A DNA stretch of 64,000 nt from the human T2T-CHM13v2.0 reference genome, Homo sapiens (GCA_009914755.4 CP086569.2:18208001-18272000); one strand, 5' to 3'; positions 1 to 17,872 are shown, numbered from the stretch's first letter. Numbers and translations: made by a program. Notes: generated by a model from the letters alone, not told the origin.

Positions 1-1302
1 TGAGGCACACTGTGTGAGGAAAAAGAAGGGATTTCACTTTCTCTGTAAAAACATTATTAAGCACATACTCAATGCTAGAAACATGCTAGAACACAAGGAA
101 ATGATAAAGACTGTTTATTTTTTTAAGGAAATATCACTAGGCAGGAGATGCAATGGGAAAACCGTGGAAGATCGGTCAGTCAAAACAGCTCAAAGGATTC
201 AACACTCCTATGAAAACAATGCCACAATTAAAGGAAGAGGGAAGTTGGTAAGAGGAGTTGGTATCAAGAACAGGATGACTAATTTGTTTTGAGGCTTGCT
301 GAAATTTAAGTGGTTACAGGGCAGCTGGTTGAAAATATCTGAGAGAACTTTGGAAATGTGAATATAGAGCAAAGGAAAGAGACCAAATTGCAAATATCTG
401 TTTAGGGAATAACTTGCATGGAGGTGATAATTAACACTTGAGAGATTGGATTAGTCCATGGTAGGAGAAATCAAATGCAAAGCTCGATGAAAAATCAACT
501 CACAAAAAAGCAGATTAGTAGGAGAAAAAGCATACAAAACTTACTTAATCATGAGAATCGGGAGAATCATAGAGTGACTCCTCAATATCTCAACTGAGTA
601 CAGAAACCTATATGCTATCTTGAGGTTACAGAAGGAATGGGGGCTTGTATTACCCCAAGACAATCTATACGAAGGGGAGAAGAGGAATTCCATTGAAAGC
701 CAATATGTGATTACTAAGGAGAATGATTGGATCAGGAAACAGAAATTAACAGAAATTTCGATCACCTCTGCAACAAATTACCATAAATCTAGTGGCCATG
801 AGTCTGGGCACAGCATGGCACAACTAGGTCCTCTGTTTGTGTCTCATAGAGAAAAATCGATGTGTTTGCAGGGCTGCGATTTTTACTGGAGGCTTGAGCA
901 GGGAGGAGCAGAAGGGTCCTGCTTCAAGGTTACTGAGGTTATTGGCTGAATTCAGAACCATTCAGTTGTGCAACTAAGGCCAACATTTCCTGGCTGGCTG
1001 TCAGCTAGGAGCCTGTTTTTGCTGATAGTCACAAGTGTGCCTATGTTCTTTCTCATGATCTCTGTATGGCTTTCTCCAGCAAGAGAAGGTTGAGTTTCTC
1101 TAATGTTTTCCATATCGATTTTTCTTCTGCCACACAATTGTCCCCACTTATCTATGGGAAATATATTTCATGAATCCTAGTGGATGCCTGAAACTGTGGA
1201 CAATATCAAACCCTATATATGTGATGTCTTTCCTTGGACATACATGCCTATAATAAAGCTTAATTTATAAATTAGGCACAGTAAAAAATTGACAGTAATA
1301 AC

Positions 1303-1668
1303 TGTCATGGTTTGACTGTGTCTCCACCCAAATCTCATCTTGACTTGTTGCTGCCATAATTCCCACATGTCATGGGAGGGATGTGAAGGGAGGTAGTTGA
1401 ATCATGGGAGCAGGATTTTCTTGTGATGTTCTCATGATAGTGAAAAAATATCATGAGATCTAATGATTTTATAAAGGTGAGTTCCCTTGCACAGGCTCTC
1501 TTGTCCTGTAAGGCACAACTTTGCTTCTCCTTCACCCTCCACCATGATTGTGAGGCCTCCCCTGCTCTGCAGAACTGTGAGTCAATTTAAACCTCTTACC
1601 TTTTTAAATTACCCAGTCTGAGGCATGTCTTTATCAGCAGCATGAGAACAAATATAATAACTAATCAT
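1303..1668 (+). mobile_element. MaLR solo LTR (THE1/MST-like)
   Basis: Starts tgtcatggtttgactgtgtctccacccaaatctcatcttga..., the canonical THE1 5' end. It continues through ...gattgtgaggcctcccc...taaattacccagtctgaggcatgtctttatcagcagcatgagaac. No internal ERV-L sequence is adjacent. Confidence 0.8.
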
Positions 1669-1922
1669 ATATCAAATAATAATCAATTATTCTAATAAAA
1701 GAAAAGAATTATAACAATATATTGCAATAAAAGTTAAATGAATATGGTCTCTCCCTTTCTCTCTCTCTCAAAATGTCTTATTGTAAAATACTCAATGTTA
1801 CTGTGATTTTGTCATGTTACAATACCCACATGATTAGATGAACTGAGGTGGAAAACAGGCATCATGAAGTAGTGTTAGTCTTCTATTGACTTTCTGATAA
1901 TATGTCAGAAAGAGAATTATCT

Positions 1923-4900
1923 GGGAGTGGGGCCAATATGGCCAACTAGAAACATCCATGATCAGAGGCTCCCATCAAAAAGAACCGTAATTAGTGTGTG
2001 AAGCCTTCACTGGCAACCAAGGTATCTAGATTTTCTCATCAGAACTGACTGGGCAGCTGATGTGCTCCACAAGAAGAAAGAGCAGTGTGGCGTGGTGGTC
2101 CACTTGAGAGCCATACGGGGCAAGGGAGCCCTCACCCCTCAGCCAAGGGAGGCAGTGAGTGAGCATGCTGCTGAGCTGGAGAAAATCTGCTTTGTCCACA
2201 GAACTGTGCAGCTCTTGGATTGGAAGATCCCACTTGTGAATCCACAACACCAGGGCCTAGGGTCTGAATCCTGGAACCATGCAGATTTTTAATAGCCTCT
2301 CAGCTGGAATTGGCCTAAGCCTGCCAAGCTCCCAAGGGGAGGGCCAGCCAGCATCACAGCTGCTGCTGCATGCTGCTTAAGTCCTTTGAGCTCCTTGGGA
2401 GAGGGGCAGCAGCCAGCACTGGGACTGATAACTGCCTAACACACAAAGCTCCCTGGGTAACAGAAGGCCAGCATTCATCTCTATTGCTCCAGGCCATGCT
2501 TTTTCCCTGCTTCAGCCAGGGATACAGGACCCCAAGAAGCATCCCCCCAGCCCAACACACCAACTGTGGCAGATTGCGGCCAGAGCTCCTCTTCAGGCCT
2601 GACCCTGCCACATCGTTTCTCACTGGATGGGGCTCAGGAACTCCAACAACTCTGGCCAGAGACTCAGGGACAACTCTGGCCAGAGCCCCTACAGGGAAGG
2701 GTGGTTGCAGTCTCTGTGGACCAGCAAAATTAGTCTTTCCTCCTGGTAGTTCTGAGGGATCCAGGCAGCCCAGATGAATGGGTTTCCCTCATCAAAGCAC
2801 ATCTCCTCCACAAAGGGGTAGTTATATTACTTCACCAAAAAGGTGCTGTTCCCCATGCCACCCAACTGGGTGAGACCCTCTAACAGTGGTAGTCAGGCAC
2901 TCCATATATACAGGAGCAATCCTACAGGCATCAGATTGGTGTCATCAAGGTCAGAGATCCCAGAAGAAGACCAGGCACCCATCTTCATTGTTTTTCAACC
3001 TCTTTGAGTGACATTTCCAGGCACTGGAGTGAACCAGATGAATAAGGCCTGAAGTGAACCGCCAATAAACTGCAGCAGTCCTGCAGAAGAGGAACCTGAC
3101 CACTGAAAGAAAAACAAACTGAAAGCAACAATCACAGCATCAACAACAACAAAAAGTTCCCAGAAAAAACTCATCCAAGGGTCAGCAGCCTCAAAGATTG
3201 AAACTACACAAACTCATGAAGATGAGAAAGAACCAATGAAAAAAAATGCTGAAAACCCAAAAGGCCAGAGTGCCTCTTATCCTCCAGATGATGGCAATGC
3301 CATTCCAGCAAGGGTGCAGAACTGGACAGAGGATGAGATGGACAAATTTATGGAAATAGGCTTCAAGAAGATGGACAAATTGACAGAAGTAGACTTCAGA
3401 AGATGGACAATAAAGAATTCCACTGAGCTAAATAAGCATGTTCTAACCCAAGGCAAAGAAGCTAAGAAACTTGATAAGAAGTTAGAGGATCTGCTAACTA
3501 GAATAACCAGTTTAGAGAGGGACATAAATGACCTGACATAGCTGAAAAACACAGCACAAGAACATCATGAAGCATACAAAAGTATCAATAGCCAAACTGA
3601 CCAAACAAAAGAGAGGATATCAGAGTTTCAAGACTACCTTGCTGAAAAAAAGGCATGCAGAGAAGATTACAGAAAAAAATGAAAAGGAGAAAATAAGGCC
3701 CGAAGAAATATGGTATATCATAAAAAGACCAAACCTACTATTGATTGGAGTACCAGAAGAAGATGGCAAGAAGAGAAACAAGCTGGAAAACAGACTTCAG
3801 AATATTATCCAGGGAACTTCCCCAACCTAGCAAGACAAGCCAACATGCAAGTTCAGGAAATACAGAAAACACCGCTAAGATACTCCACAAGAAGATCAAC
3901 CCCAAGATACATAATCATCAGATTCTCCAAGAATGAAATGAAGGAAAAATTGTTGAGGGCAGCCAGAAAGAAAGGCCAGGTCACCTACACAGGGGAGTCC
4001 ATCAGACTAACAGTGGACCTCTCAGCAGAAACACTACAAGCCAGAAGATATTGGGGTCCAATATTCAACACTCTTCAGGGAAAATATTTTCAACTCAGAA
4101 TTTCATATTCAACCAAACTAAGCTTCATAAGCAAAGGAGAAATAAAATCCATTCCAGACAAGCAAATACTGAGGGATTTCATTACCACCAAGCCTTGCAA
4201 GAGCCTTGCAAGAGCTCCTGAAAGAAGCGCTAAATATAGAAAGGAAAAACTGGTACCAGCCACTGAAAAAACACAGGATTTACAAATAACTTAAATAAAT
4301 GTATAAGAAAATAGCAAACAACTCCTTCAAAAAGTAGGTAAAGGATACCAACAGACACTTCTCAAAAGAAGACATTTACACGGCCAAGAAACATGAAAAA
4401 AACTCAATATCTCTGATCATTACAGAAATGCAAATCAAAACCACAATAAGATACCATCTCACACCAGTCTGAATGGTGATTGTAAAAAAGTGAAGAAACA
4501 ATGTGTGCTGGAAAGGCTTTGGAGAAAGAGGAAAGCTTTTACACTCTTGGTAGGAATGTAAATTAGTTCAAACATTGTGGAAGATGGTATGGCAGTTCTT
4601 CAAGGATCTAGAATCAAAAATACTTTCACCTCAGCATTTTATTACTGGGTATATACCTAAAGGAATATAAATCATTCTACCATAAAGACACATGCACATG
4701 TGTATTTATTGCAGCACTATTTTCAGTAGCAAAGTCATGGAACCAACCCAAATGCCCATCAATGATAGACTGGATAAAGAAAATATGGTATGTATACACC
4801 ATGGAATACTCTGCAGCCATAAAAAAAAAGAATGAGATCATGTTCTTTGCAGGGACATGGATGAAACTGGAAGCCATCATCCTCACCAAACTAACACAGG

Positions 4901-5150
4901 GTAGAAAAGCAAACATCACATATTCTCACTCAAAAGGGGAAATTGAACAATGAGAACACATGAACACAGGGATGAGAATAACACACACTGGCACCTCTTT
5001 GTCGGGGGTGGGGTGGGGCAAAGAGAGAAAACTTAGAGGATGGGTCAATAGGTGTAGCAAACTACCATGGCACATGTATACCTATGTAACAAACCTACAC
5101 ATTCTGCATATGTATCCCAGAAGTTAAAGTAAAATAATTAAAAAAAAAAA
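1923..5150 (+). mobile_element. Older primate L1 (L1PB/L1MA-like) with a large internal ORF2 deletion. It has a 5'UTR-like start (ggggccaatatggccaactagaaaca), a frameshifted ORF1, an ORF2 C-terminus, a 3'UTR and a poly-A tail.
   Basis: The 5' end resembles the L1 5'UTR start. The ORF1-like translation at 3236-4294 includes RFSKNEMKEKLLRAARKKGQVTYTGESIRLTVDLSAETLQARR. At about 4300 the sequence jumps to the ORF2 C-terminal region (...[20 protein letters not shown], MIDWIKKIWYVYTMEYSAAIKK). It ends with the L1 3' end (gggaaattgaacaatgagaacacatg) and poly-A at 5135-5150. Confidence 0.8.
3236..4294 (+). pseudogene. ORF1: L1 ORF1 remnant (frameshifted, multiple stops)
   Basis: Six-frame ORFs at 3236-3541, 3567-3830 and 3710-4294 together cover an ORF1p-like sequence, with the coiled-coil and C-terminal domain motif PRYIIIRFSKNEMKEKLLRAARKKG...LSFISKGEIK. 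Confidence 0.75.
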
Positions 5151-5340
5151 AGAAAAAGAAAGAAGAGAAAGAAAGAAAGAAAGGAAGAAAGAAAGAAAGA
5201 GAAAGAGAGAAAGAGAAAGAAAGAGAGAGAGACAGACAGGGAGGGAAGGAAGGAGGAAGGGAGGGAGGGAGGGATGGAGCGAGGTAAGAAAGAAAGGGGA
5301 AAGAAAGTAGGACAGAAAGAGAGACAGAAAGGTTATCATC
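5140..5340. repeat. GA-rich simple repeat (GAAA/GGAA/GA)n directly after the L1 poly-A tail
   Basis: The + strand is almost exclusively G and A: aaagaaagaaggaagaaagaaagagagaaagag...gggagggaaggaaggagg. Confidence 0.9.
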
Positions 5341-6177
5341 TGCTTTGAATGACCCCGGACCACAGAACCATGACTAGCCCTAATGATTTTCCTAACCACG
5401 ATTGACTTCTGTTAGCAGAAACCACAAATAAAGGATGACTACTCTATCTCACTCCCTCCTAGCCAGAGATAGGTCCCTACATTTAAGGGCTCATGGGATT
5501 AGATTGAGCACACTCAGATAATACAGGATAATCTCCCTATTTAAATATCACAGCCTTAATTATATCAGCAAATTTCTGTTGCCATGTAATTAATATAATA
5601 TATTCATATGTTGCAGAGATTAGCTTGTAGACATCTCTGGGGGGACATTCAGGTTATTACAACCATGGAAGAGATCATTTGGCCATCAGGATCACAATGC
5701 ATTCATTGTCTGTAGAAGACTTAACTCACCAAGAAAGTATGCCTCTAGACTGATTATGCCCCTACTTACAAAGCAGCCCTTTGAAGATGGAGGGAAAGTG
5801 AAGCATTGCAGATGGAGTAATAATGTTTATGCTTAGGGGAAGTCAAGTATATTCAGATGGTATTATGCATCCCCAAGAGACATGTGTTGTTTCTTTTTCA
5901 TCATTTCCATAGATGTTAAAGCTATTACTTTTTAAAATATATTTAATTTGCTGGGACTGCCATCACAAAGTACCCCAAGCTGAATGGGTGGGTTAAACGA
6001 CAGAAATTTATTGCCTCACAATTTCAGATGCTGGAAGTCCCAGATCAACATGTTGGCAGAGGTTGTTCCTTCCAAGGCCTCTCTGGCTTGTAGAAACTGT
6101 CTTCTCCCTGTGTCCTCATGTGGCCTTTCCTTTTTGTTGGCATCTAATCTCTTATGATGACACCACTCCAGTTGGAT

Positions 6178-6290
6178 TATGATATGGTTTGGCTGTGTCC
6201 CCACCCAAATCTCATCTGTCACCCAGGCTGGAGTGCAGTACTACCATCAAATCTCACTGCAGACTCAACCTCCTGGGCTCAAGGAAAACA
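6178..6290. repeat. Short THE1 5'-end fragment joined to an Alu right-monomer fragment (antisense)
   Basis: gatatggtttggctgtgtccccacccaaatctcatctg is followed by tcacccaggctggagtgcagt...caacctcctgggctcaag. Confidence 0.6.
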
Positions 6291-8654
6291 GTATGAAAGC
6301 AGACTAACACAATGGGCAAGTCAGTCAGACTGCCTGGAAAACCAACTGTGCCGATGTAAAGCTTTGTAACCTCAGTCAAGGCACTTTCTTTAACTGGACA
6401 TCTCTTTGCCATCTTGCTCTGTCCTCACTGGGTAAATTCAGGCTTATCAAGTCAGCAAATGAGAGATCAGTCCTTGACAGGAGTTTGAAATTCACATTCC
6501 TTTGGGGTCAGAAATAAAAATGTGGTCAGTTGTAGGGGGTGTAGCATATTAATGGGTTTGTTTTTGGCTCAGAATACTTATAGGTTGAACATTTTAAAAA
6601 ATCCACTATGCATAGCAAATAATACGCATTTGTGAACTTATACAGGTCTATTTGTCTTTTTCTTTTGCCCCAGAGCCAGCCTTTCCCTGTATTAGTCTTC
6701 CTATGTCTCAGTTGAAACTACTCTTAAGATGTCAGTGATGGGACACTGAATACCTTGTGCATGAGTTTTGTTTGAGAGGGGGGTTAATCCCGTCCTTAGT
6801 GTCCATGACAAAGGTGAAAGAGTAGTTATTTGGTAAAATCAAGACAGCAGAGGTTGGGCAGTGCATACAGTGACAAATAAATAACATTTTGGTCCATCTG
6901 CCTTCTTGCCACCCTCTGCTCTCCCTTGAGAGTTTCTGGAGCAATATTTGGGAATCTTATCCCTCCCTGTCTTTAAGGATTCTCTCTCTTCCTCCATTGA
7001 ATCCCTGTTTGGGTCCTCGCTCAGTGGAAATGGTCTCTGGCTCATTGCATTCTATCTTACCAACATTTCCATTATCTTTACATAAAAGCAAACATACAAA
7101 ACAGAAAAAGCACTCATTGCTGATAGCAATGATTTAAGAGAGGTGACATTTTAAACTCATTGTGTCAACTACACATATGAAGATATTGAACATGATGAAT
7201 GAAAACTAGATTTCCGTATGAAGGGGCTAAGGATGCTCTCTCTGATGTCTCTCTTGGCATTGGATTTTGCCTACTGATGCCTGCCCACATGACCTGGTCT
7301 CACTTCCATCCCCTGCACCTTTATGTCTGATAGCATTCATGTGAAGTCAGAGTACAATATGCCTAGCACAGCAGGAACAGATGCTGAAACAACTGAATGT
7401 AATCATTTTTGCAAACACATGCATAGCTACGAAGGTCATGGTTGTTCCTACAGGAATTTGCAATTCCTTCTACACTGTGGAGATTAGAATGACAGGAAGG
7501 GGCATTATACTTTCTTTTCCTGGCATGACCACTGTTTTATGGCTGTGCTATGACAGTGTCTCACTTTTATTGCCAAGGAATTGTGCCAGATCCATTGAGC
7601 AGTGGAAGCATACTCAAGCCAGCAACTGTGTGTGGCAACTCTAAGTATCTATTGATGTCCTTTCTGACAGCAGGTTGTCTTAGTGACAACCCACATCTCC
7701 ATGGTATATATGGACTTGCTACCACAAGCTTATAGGTGTATGTTTTTTGCTTTTTGTTCCTGTTGCAGCTATGCTTCTGCTAATATCTTTCTTTAAATTT
7801 CCATTGCCATGAATATTGGCCCTATCAGTACTTATTTAAATGGATTTCTCACTGCACCACATCGTGTAGACATTCCTAATATGATACTGCTCATGATGTT
7901 ATTATATGCTCAATATGTTATTATATTTTCCCCCAAATGCTGATAAAGATAGATTTCCATTTTCATGTTTATGTGACTATATTTGAAAGTGTTTGGAAGG
8001 TGATGGAATTGAATAAAAATTAAATGATTTTAAAATCAGTTAACATTCATTACAAAAGAAACACAACTGTATAAATTCTCATTTTAAGTAGTTTTGCAAA
8101 CAGTAATTGTTCTGCTAATGGATATATTGAAAATTGTTCATCAATTGAACAAAATGATCATTTAATAATGTAACATAATTTGTCACCATTTTTATTTTAA
8201 AAGGCATTTTCCTATGACTCAAGCAGCAGTTTCTATGAGTTCTAAACTATGTTTCTCAGTGATCCAAAAAAGAATTGTTTCTGACATATTCTTCAAAGAG
8301 AATTTTGAATTTGTGGGCACTGAAAAATGAAATTCTGCTCCAGTGCTGACCTAGTTTGGGTTAAAATAATTTATTTCCCTGTAGAGTTGTTTAAAGGCTA
8401 GGAAAAGATAAGGTACTGAGGAAAGGAAGATTGCCTTTAAGAAGTCATTGCAAAATTCATAGAGGCATATAATTATAGAACTTGAACTGAACTTAAAGTC
8501 AGTGTAGTCTCATCCCATAATTTTAAAATAAGAAAAAATAATGACTCGAAAGGATGTTTTGACTTTTTTTTTAAGTGGTTTTTACTATTTTGAGGATCAC
8601 AGAGACTTGGAGCATCTAATTAGAAGTATGAGGCCTTAGAATTACTTGATACCA

Positions 8655-8762
8655 GGAATTTGAGGCTGCAGTGAGCCAAGATCATCCCATGGCACTCCAG
8701 CCAAGGAGAGAGACTGAATCCTTTTCTCAAAATAATAACAATAATAATAATAATAATAATAA
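8655..8762 (+). repeat. Alu 3' fragment with an (AAT)n tail
   Basis: gaggctgcagtgagccaagatcatcccatggcactccagcc...; (aat)n occupies 8731-8762. Confidence 0.6.
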
Positions 8763-8978
8763 GTCTGTCTCTGGAACAATACATAAGCGAATAACTCTCT
8801 ATGGGATTTTTGGGTCTTTCTATAGATTTTTATCACACTAAAGTTTTACTTGAGAACCTTGAGAATCATCAGATATTCCTGACAAATTTCTTTAATTGGT
8901 TTTAAAAGCATGGATTTCAGGATGGAGAACAATGATTTAGGCCTTCATCCCTAGAATTCCATTTAAAACAAAACTTTC

Positions 8979-9250
8979 TGCTGGGTCCTGTGGCCAGAGT
9001 AATCTCAGCACTTTGGGTGGCCAAGGCTTGCAGATGGCTTGACCTCAGAAGTTGAAGACCAGCTTAGGCAACATGAAGATAACCCATCTCCATTAAAAAC
9101 ACAAAAATTAGCTAGGCATGGTGGCACGTGCCTGTGGTCCCAGCTGCTGGGAAGGCTGAGGCAGAAGGATCACCTGAGGCTGGGAGGTCGATGCTGCAGT
9201 GAGCCATGATTGCATCCACTGCAATACAGTCTGGATGACAAAAAGAGAGA
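8979..9250 (+). mobile_element. Alu (older subfamily, diverged)
   Basis: Dimeric Alu body: ...tcagcactttgggtggccaaggc...ctaggcatggtggcacgtgcctgtggtcccagctgctgggaaggctgaggcag...gcagtgagccatgattgcatccactgc. Confidence 0.85.
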
Positions 9251-9389
9251 AATAAAAGCATAAAACAAAACTGCCAGTCTCTGTCTCAAAATATTAACAT
9301 TTGTATCTCAACAGATTGTCCACTTTCAAATGACAGTTTACAATTTATAACTGACATTAGTTACATTGAAATTATCCATAAGTCCTAAT

Positions 9390-9855
9390 TGGTTTCTTCA
9401 TTTCTTATTTCTTCTCTTCTTTTTTCTCCTCCTCCTCCCCCCTTCTCCTCCTCCTTCTCTTCTTCTTCTTCTCCTCCTCCTTCTTCTCCTTCTTCTCCAT
9501 CTCCTTCTTCTTCTCCTCCTCCTCCTTCTCCTTCTTCTCCTTCTCCTTCTTCTTCCTCTTCTTCTCCTCCTCCTCCTCTTCTTCTTCCTTTTCCTGCTCC
9601 TTCTGCCCCTCCTCCTCCTCCTGCTGCTGCTGCAGCTCCTCCTCCTCCTTCTTCTTCTTTCTTCATCTTCATCTCCTCCTCCTCTTTCTACTCCTCCTCC
9701 TCTCCTCTTTCTTCTTTCTTCTTTCTCCTACTTCTCTGCTGCCTCCTTGTTCTTCTTCTTTTTCTTCTTTTTCTTCTTCTTCTCCTTCTTCTTCCTCCTC
9801 CTCCTTCTTCTCTTTTTCTTTCTTCCTCTTTTTCTTTTTCTTCATTTTTTTCATA
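9390..9855. repeat. Roughly 460-bp polypyrimidine tract (TCC/TTC/CT)n on the + strand
   Basis: Nearly pure C+T on the + strand, so (GGA/GAA)n on the - strand. The listed ORFs at 9366-9905 are composition artefacts. Confidence 0.9.
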
Positions 9856-11344
9856 CTCATGTTTCCATTATGGATACTTGTCAACAAGAATGGAAAAATA
9901 AATGAATCTTATTTTATCCACAAGATGATCACCATCTCCTGAAGAACAGGTAGTATAAATATTTCAGTGTATAAGAATCTTTCCTGTTCCAAGCTGCTTT
10001 GTGTATAGTCTCCACCTTTCAGATCTGAATCCTATTAGAAGGAACATCAATATGCTTAAGGATATTCTCATGATCTTCAAGAAGGTGAAAATAAAAGTAT
10101 TTTTAATTGATGCTTAAATTTCATAATTTTGGGGGAGGAGCCAAGGCGGCTGAATAGGAACAGCTCCAGTCTACAGCTCCCAGTGTGAGCAATGCCAAAG
10201 ACAGGTGATTTCTGCATTTCCAACTGAGGTACTGGGTTTATCTCACTGGGGAGTGCCAGACACTAGGTTCAGGACAGTGGGTGCAGTGCACTGTGTGTGA
10301 GCTGAAGCAGGGCAAGACATTGCATCACCTGGGAAGTGCAAGGGGTCAGGGAATTCTCTTTCCTAATCAAAGAAAGGGGTGACAGATGGCACCTGGAAAA
10401 TCAGGTCATTCCCACCCTAAAACTGTGCTTTTCCAACAGGCTTAAAAAATGGCACACCAGGAGATTATATCCTGCACCTGGATTGGAGGGTCCTATGCCC
10501 ACGGAGTCTTGCTCACTGCTAGCACAGCAGTGTGAGATCAAACTGCAAGGCGGCAGTGAGGCTGGGGGAGGGGCGCCTGCCAAGGCCGAGTTAGTTGTTT
10601 GATTAGTTAAACAAAGTGGCCCGGAAGCTCAAACTGGGTGGAGCCCACAACAGCTCAAGGAGGCCTGCCTGCCTCTGTAGGATCCACCTCTGGGGGCAGG
10701 GCACAGACAAACAAAAAGACAGCAGTAACCTCTGCATATTTACATGTCCCCCTCTGACAACTTTGAAGAGAGTAATGGTTCTCCCAGCACACAACTTGAG
10801 ATCTGAGAACATTCAGACTGCCTCCTCAAGTGGGTCCCTCACCCCTGAGTAGCCTAACTGGGAGGCACCACCCAGTAGGGCTGGACTGACACCTCACATG
10901 GCTGGGTACTCCTCTGAGACAAAATTTCCAGAGGAACAATCAGCAGCAGCATTTGCAGTTCACCAAAATACGCTGTTCTGCAGCCACCGCTGCTGATACC
11001 CAGGCAAACAGGGTCTGGAGTGGACCTCTAGCAAACTCCAACAGACTTGAACCTGAGTGTCCTGTCTGTTAGAAGGAAAACAAACAGAAAGGACATCCAC
11101 ACCAAAACCCCATCTGTACGTCACTATCACCAAAGACCAAAGGTAGATAAAACCACAAAGATGGGGAAAAAAACAGAGCAGAAAAACTGGAAACTCTAAA
11201 AATCAGAGCACCTCTCCCCTCCAAAGGACCACAGCTCCTTATCAACAATGGAATAAAGCTGAACGGAGAATAACTTTGATGAGATGAGAGAAGAAGGCTT
11301 CAGACAATCCAACTACTCTGAGCTACAGGAGGAAATTCGAACCA

Positions 11345-12147
11345 ATGGCAAAGAAGTTAAAAGCTTTGAAAAAAAAATTAGACGAATGGATAACTAGAAT
11401 AATCAATGCACAGAAGTCCTTAAAGGACCTGACGGAGCTGAAAACTGAGGCACAAGAGCTGCATGATGAATGCAGAAGCCTCAGTAGCCAATGTGATCAA
11501 CTGGAAGAAACGGTATCAGTGATGGAAGATGAAATGAATGAAATGAAGTGAGAAGAGAAGTTTAGAGAAAAAAGAATAAAAGAAACAAACAAAGCCTCCA
11601 AGAAATATGGGACTATGTGAAAAGACCAAATCTATGTCTGATTGGTGTAACTGAAAGTGACGGGGAGAAGGGAAACAAGTTGGAAAACACTCTGCAGGGT
11701 ATTATCTAGGAGAACTTCCCTAATCTAGCAATACAGGCCAACATTCAATCTCAGGAAATACAGAGAACACCACAAAGATAGTCCTTGAGAAGAGGAGCTC
11801 CAAGACACATAATTGTCAGATTCACCAAAGTTGAAATGAAGGAAAAAATGTTAAGGGCAGACAGAGAGAAAGGTCGGGTTACCCTCAAAGGGAAGCCCAT
11901 CAGACTAATAGTGGATCTCTCAGCAGAAACCCTACAAGCCAGAAGAGAGTGGGGGCCAATATTCAACATTCTTAAAGAAAAGAATTTTCAAACCAGAATT
12001 TCATATCCAGCCAAACTAAGCTTCATAAGCAAAGGAGAAATAAAATACTTTACAGACAAGCAAATGCTGAGAGATTTTGTCACCACCAGGCCTGCCCTAA
12101 AAGAGCTCCTGAAGGAAGCACTAAACATAGAAAGGAACAACCAGTAA
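11345..12147 (+). pseudogene. ORF1: L1 ORF1 (interrupted by stops and frameshifts)
   Basis: ORFs at 11345-11551 and 11785-12147 translate to ORF1p motifs (ELKTEAQELHDECRSL...; RHIIVRFTKVEMKEKMLRADREKGRVTLKGKPIRL...). Confidence 0.8.
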
Positions 12148-12436
12148 CAGCCACTGCAAAAACATGCCAAATTGTAAATACCATCAAGGCTAGGAAGAAA
12201 CTGCCTTAACTATGGAGCAAAATAACCAGCCAACATCATAATGACAGGATCAAATTCACACATAACAATATTAACTTTAAATGTAAATGGGTGATATGCT
12301 CCAATTAAAAGACATAGACTGGCAAATTGGAGAAACAGTCAAGACCCATCAGTGTGCTGTATTCAGGAAACCCATCTCATGTACAGAGACACACATAGGC
12401 TCAAAATAAAGGAATGGAGGAAGATCTACCAAGTAA

Positions 12437-16008
<3,572 letters not shown>

Positions 16009-17557
16009 CAATGAGAACACATGGACACAGGAAGGGGAACATCACACACCGGGTCGTGTTGTGGGGTTGGGGGAGGGGAGAGGGATAGCATTAGGAGATA
16101 TACCTAATGTTAAATGATGAGGTAATGGGTGCAGCACACCAAAATGGCACATGTATACATATGTAACAAACCTTCACGTTGTGCACATGTACCCTGAAAC
16201 TTAAAGTATAATAATAATAAAATTTAAAAAAAAATTTTCAACATTTTAAAATACATGGCTAATTGTGGACAAAATTCACTGTCCACCCCTACTGCCACTT
16301 CCCACCCAAAGCAAAGGAAATTCACAACCCAAGATTCAAAATCCCCATAATAATATCCACACATTGACTAATACTATATGAAAGAGAATATGAAATGTTA
16401 ACAGAAAGATACACTGACAAGTTTCAATGACTTTTGTTGCTTTTAGATGCTATTTATTTATAGATGTTTATATCCTAGAAAAATCAAATATAAGTGTCAA
16501 CGAGCAAAACAAAGTGAGTTATCCCCAATTTTGGAAAAAAATTACATTCTTAGAATATATGGCAATACATAATGAAATATCACATAATATACAAAAACTC
16601 TATTGAGGTAAACATTATATTACTATCAATAATTTTTCTTTGCAAAGTTAAAAAAATCCAACATGGTCTTCATTTCTATGTAATCTGCTTTCAAATTTTT
16701 GATGAACAAGTAATATATGTTGTATGGTGGTTTTAAACTTTAATTTTGGGAGCTGAATAAAGCAGTTTCATGGAATTTGTACAAACCACCTGGCAGAAAA
16801 TAATTATGACCAATTAAGATGAACCCGTAATGCTTTACTTTTTTGGCATTTGCACCAGTAAAAGGAGACCTGCCAAGAAATGAGGGTATTTATTCTATAG
16901 AAGGGTTTCAGATTCATGATTATTCAGATTCCATGGTTATGTTGACCAAGAATTACAATTGTATTAGGCATTATGAAATGACTGAAGTCATTGTACAAGG
17001 AAAATATATTGTGTACACACTAAGATTTCCCACAAGATGAGGCATTTATTGTTCTGTTATCTGTATCAATAAGGAATACCTGGTGGTGAAATTGGAGACA
17101 AGTGCTTTAAAAAAGGCATTTCTACCATTTTTTGGAGGAAGACAATCGTAAAGCAAAATTTGCATGACTGTTTCAAATCCCAGCTATATATTACCTCTGA
17201 AGGGGGGGCCCTACATGACCTAAGCTTGATTTCCTTGAGTAGAATTACTTTCAAATATGTTGAGTCAGAAACTACTTAGGGAAATGCAAATTATTCCATA
17301 AACAGTCTAGCAAGATCTATGAGATCACCGCCAAAGGATGGCTGGTAGGAGAAAACAAGACAAGGATGTAAGAGGAATTTGACTCTCTGACATTGTTAGT
17401 TCCAATGCATGAGTAATAAATAGAAACAAAACCATTGGGTTCTTCTTAAGTCCAACTTTTAATAGGTTAAGTTTAATAAGATCATGACTCCTTGAATGGA
17501 GTTCTCTTTATCTTGGCATATCAGAAAATAATTTGGATATCTACAAAAACATTTAGG

Positions 17558-17872
<315 letters not shown>

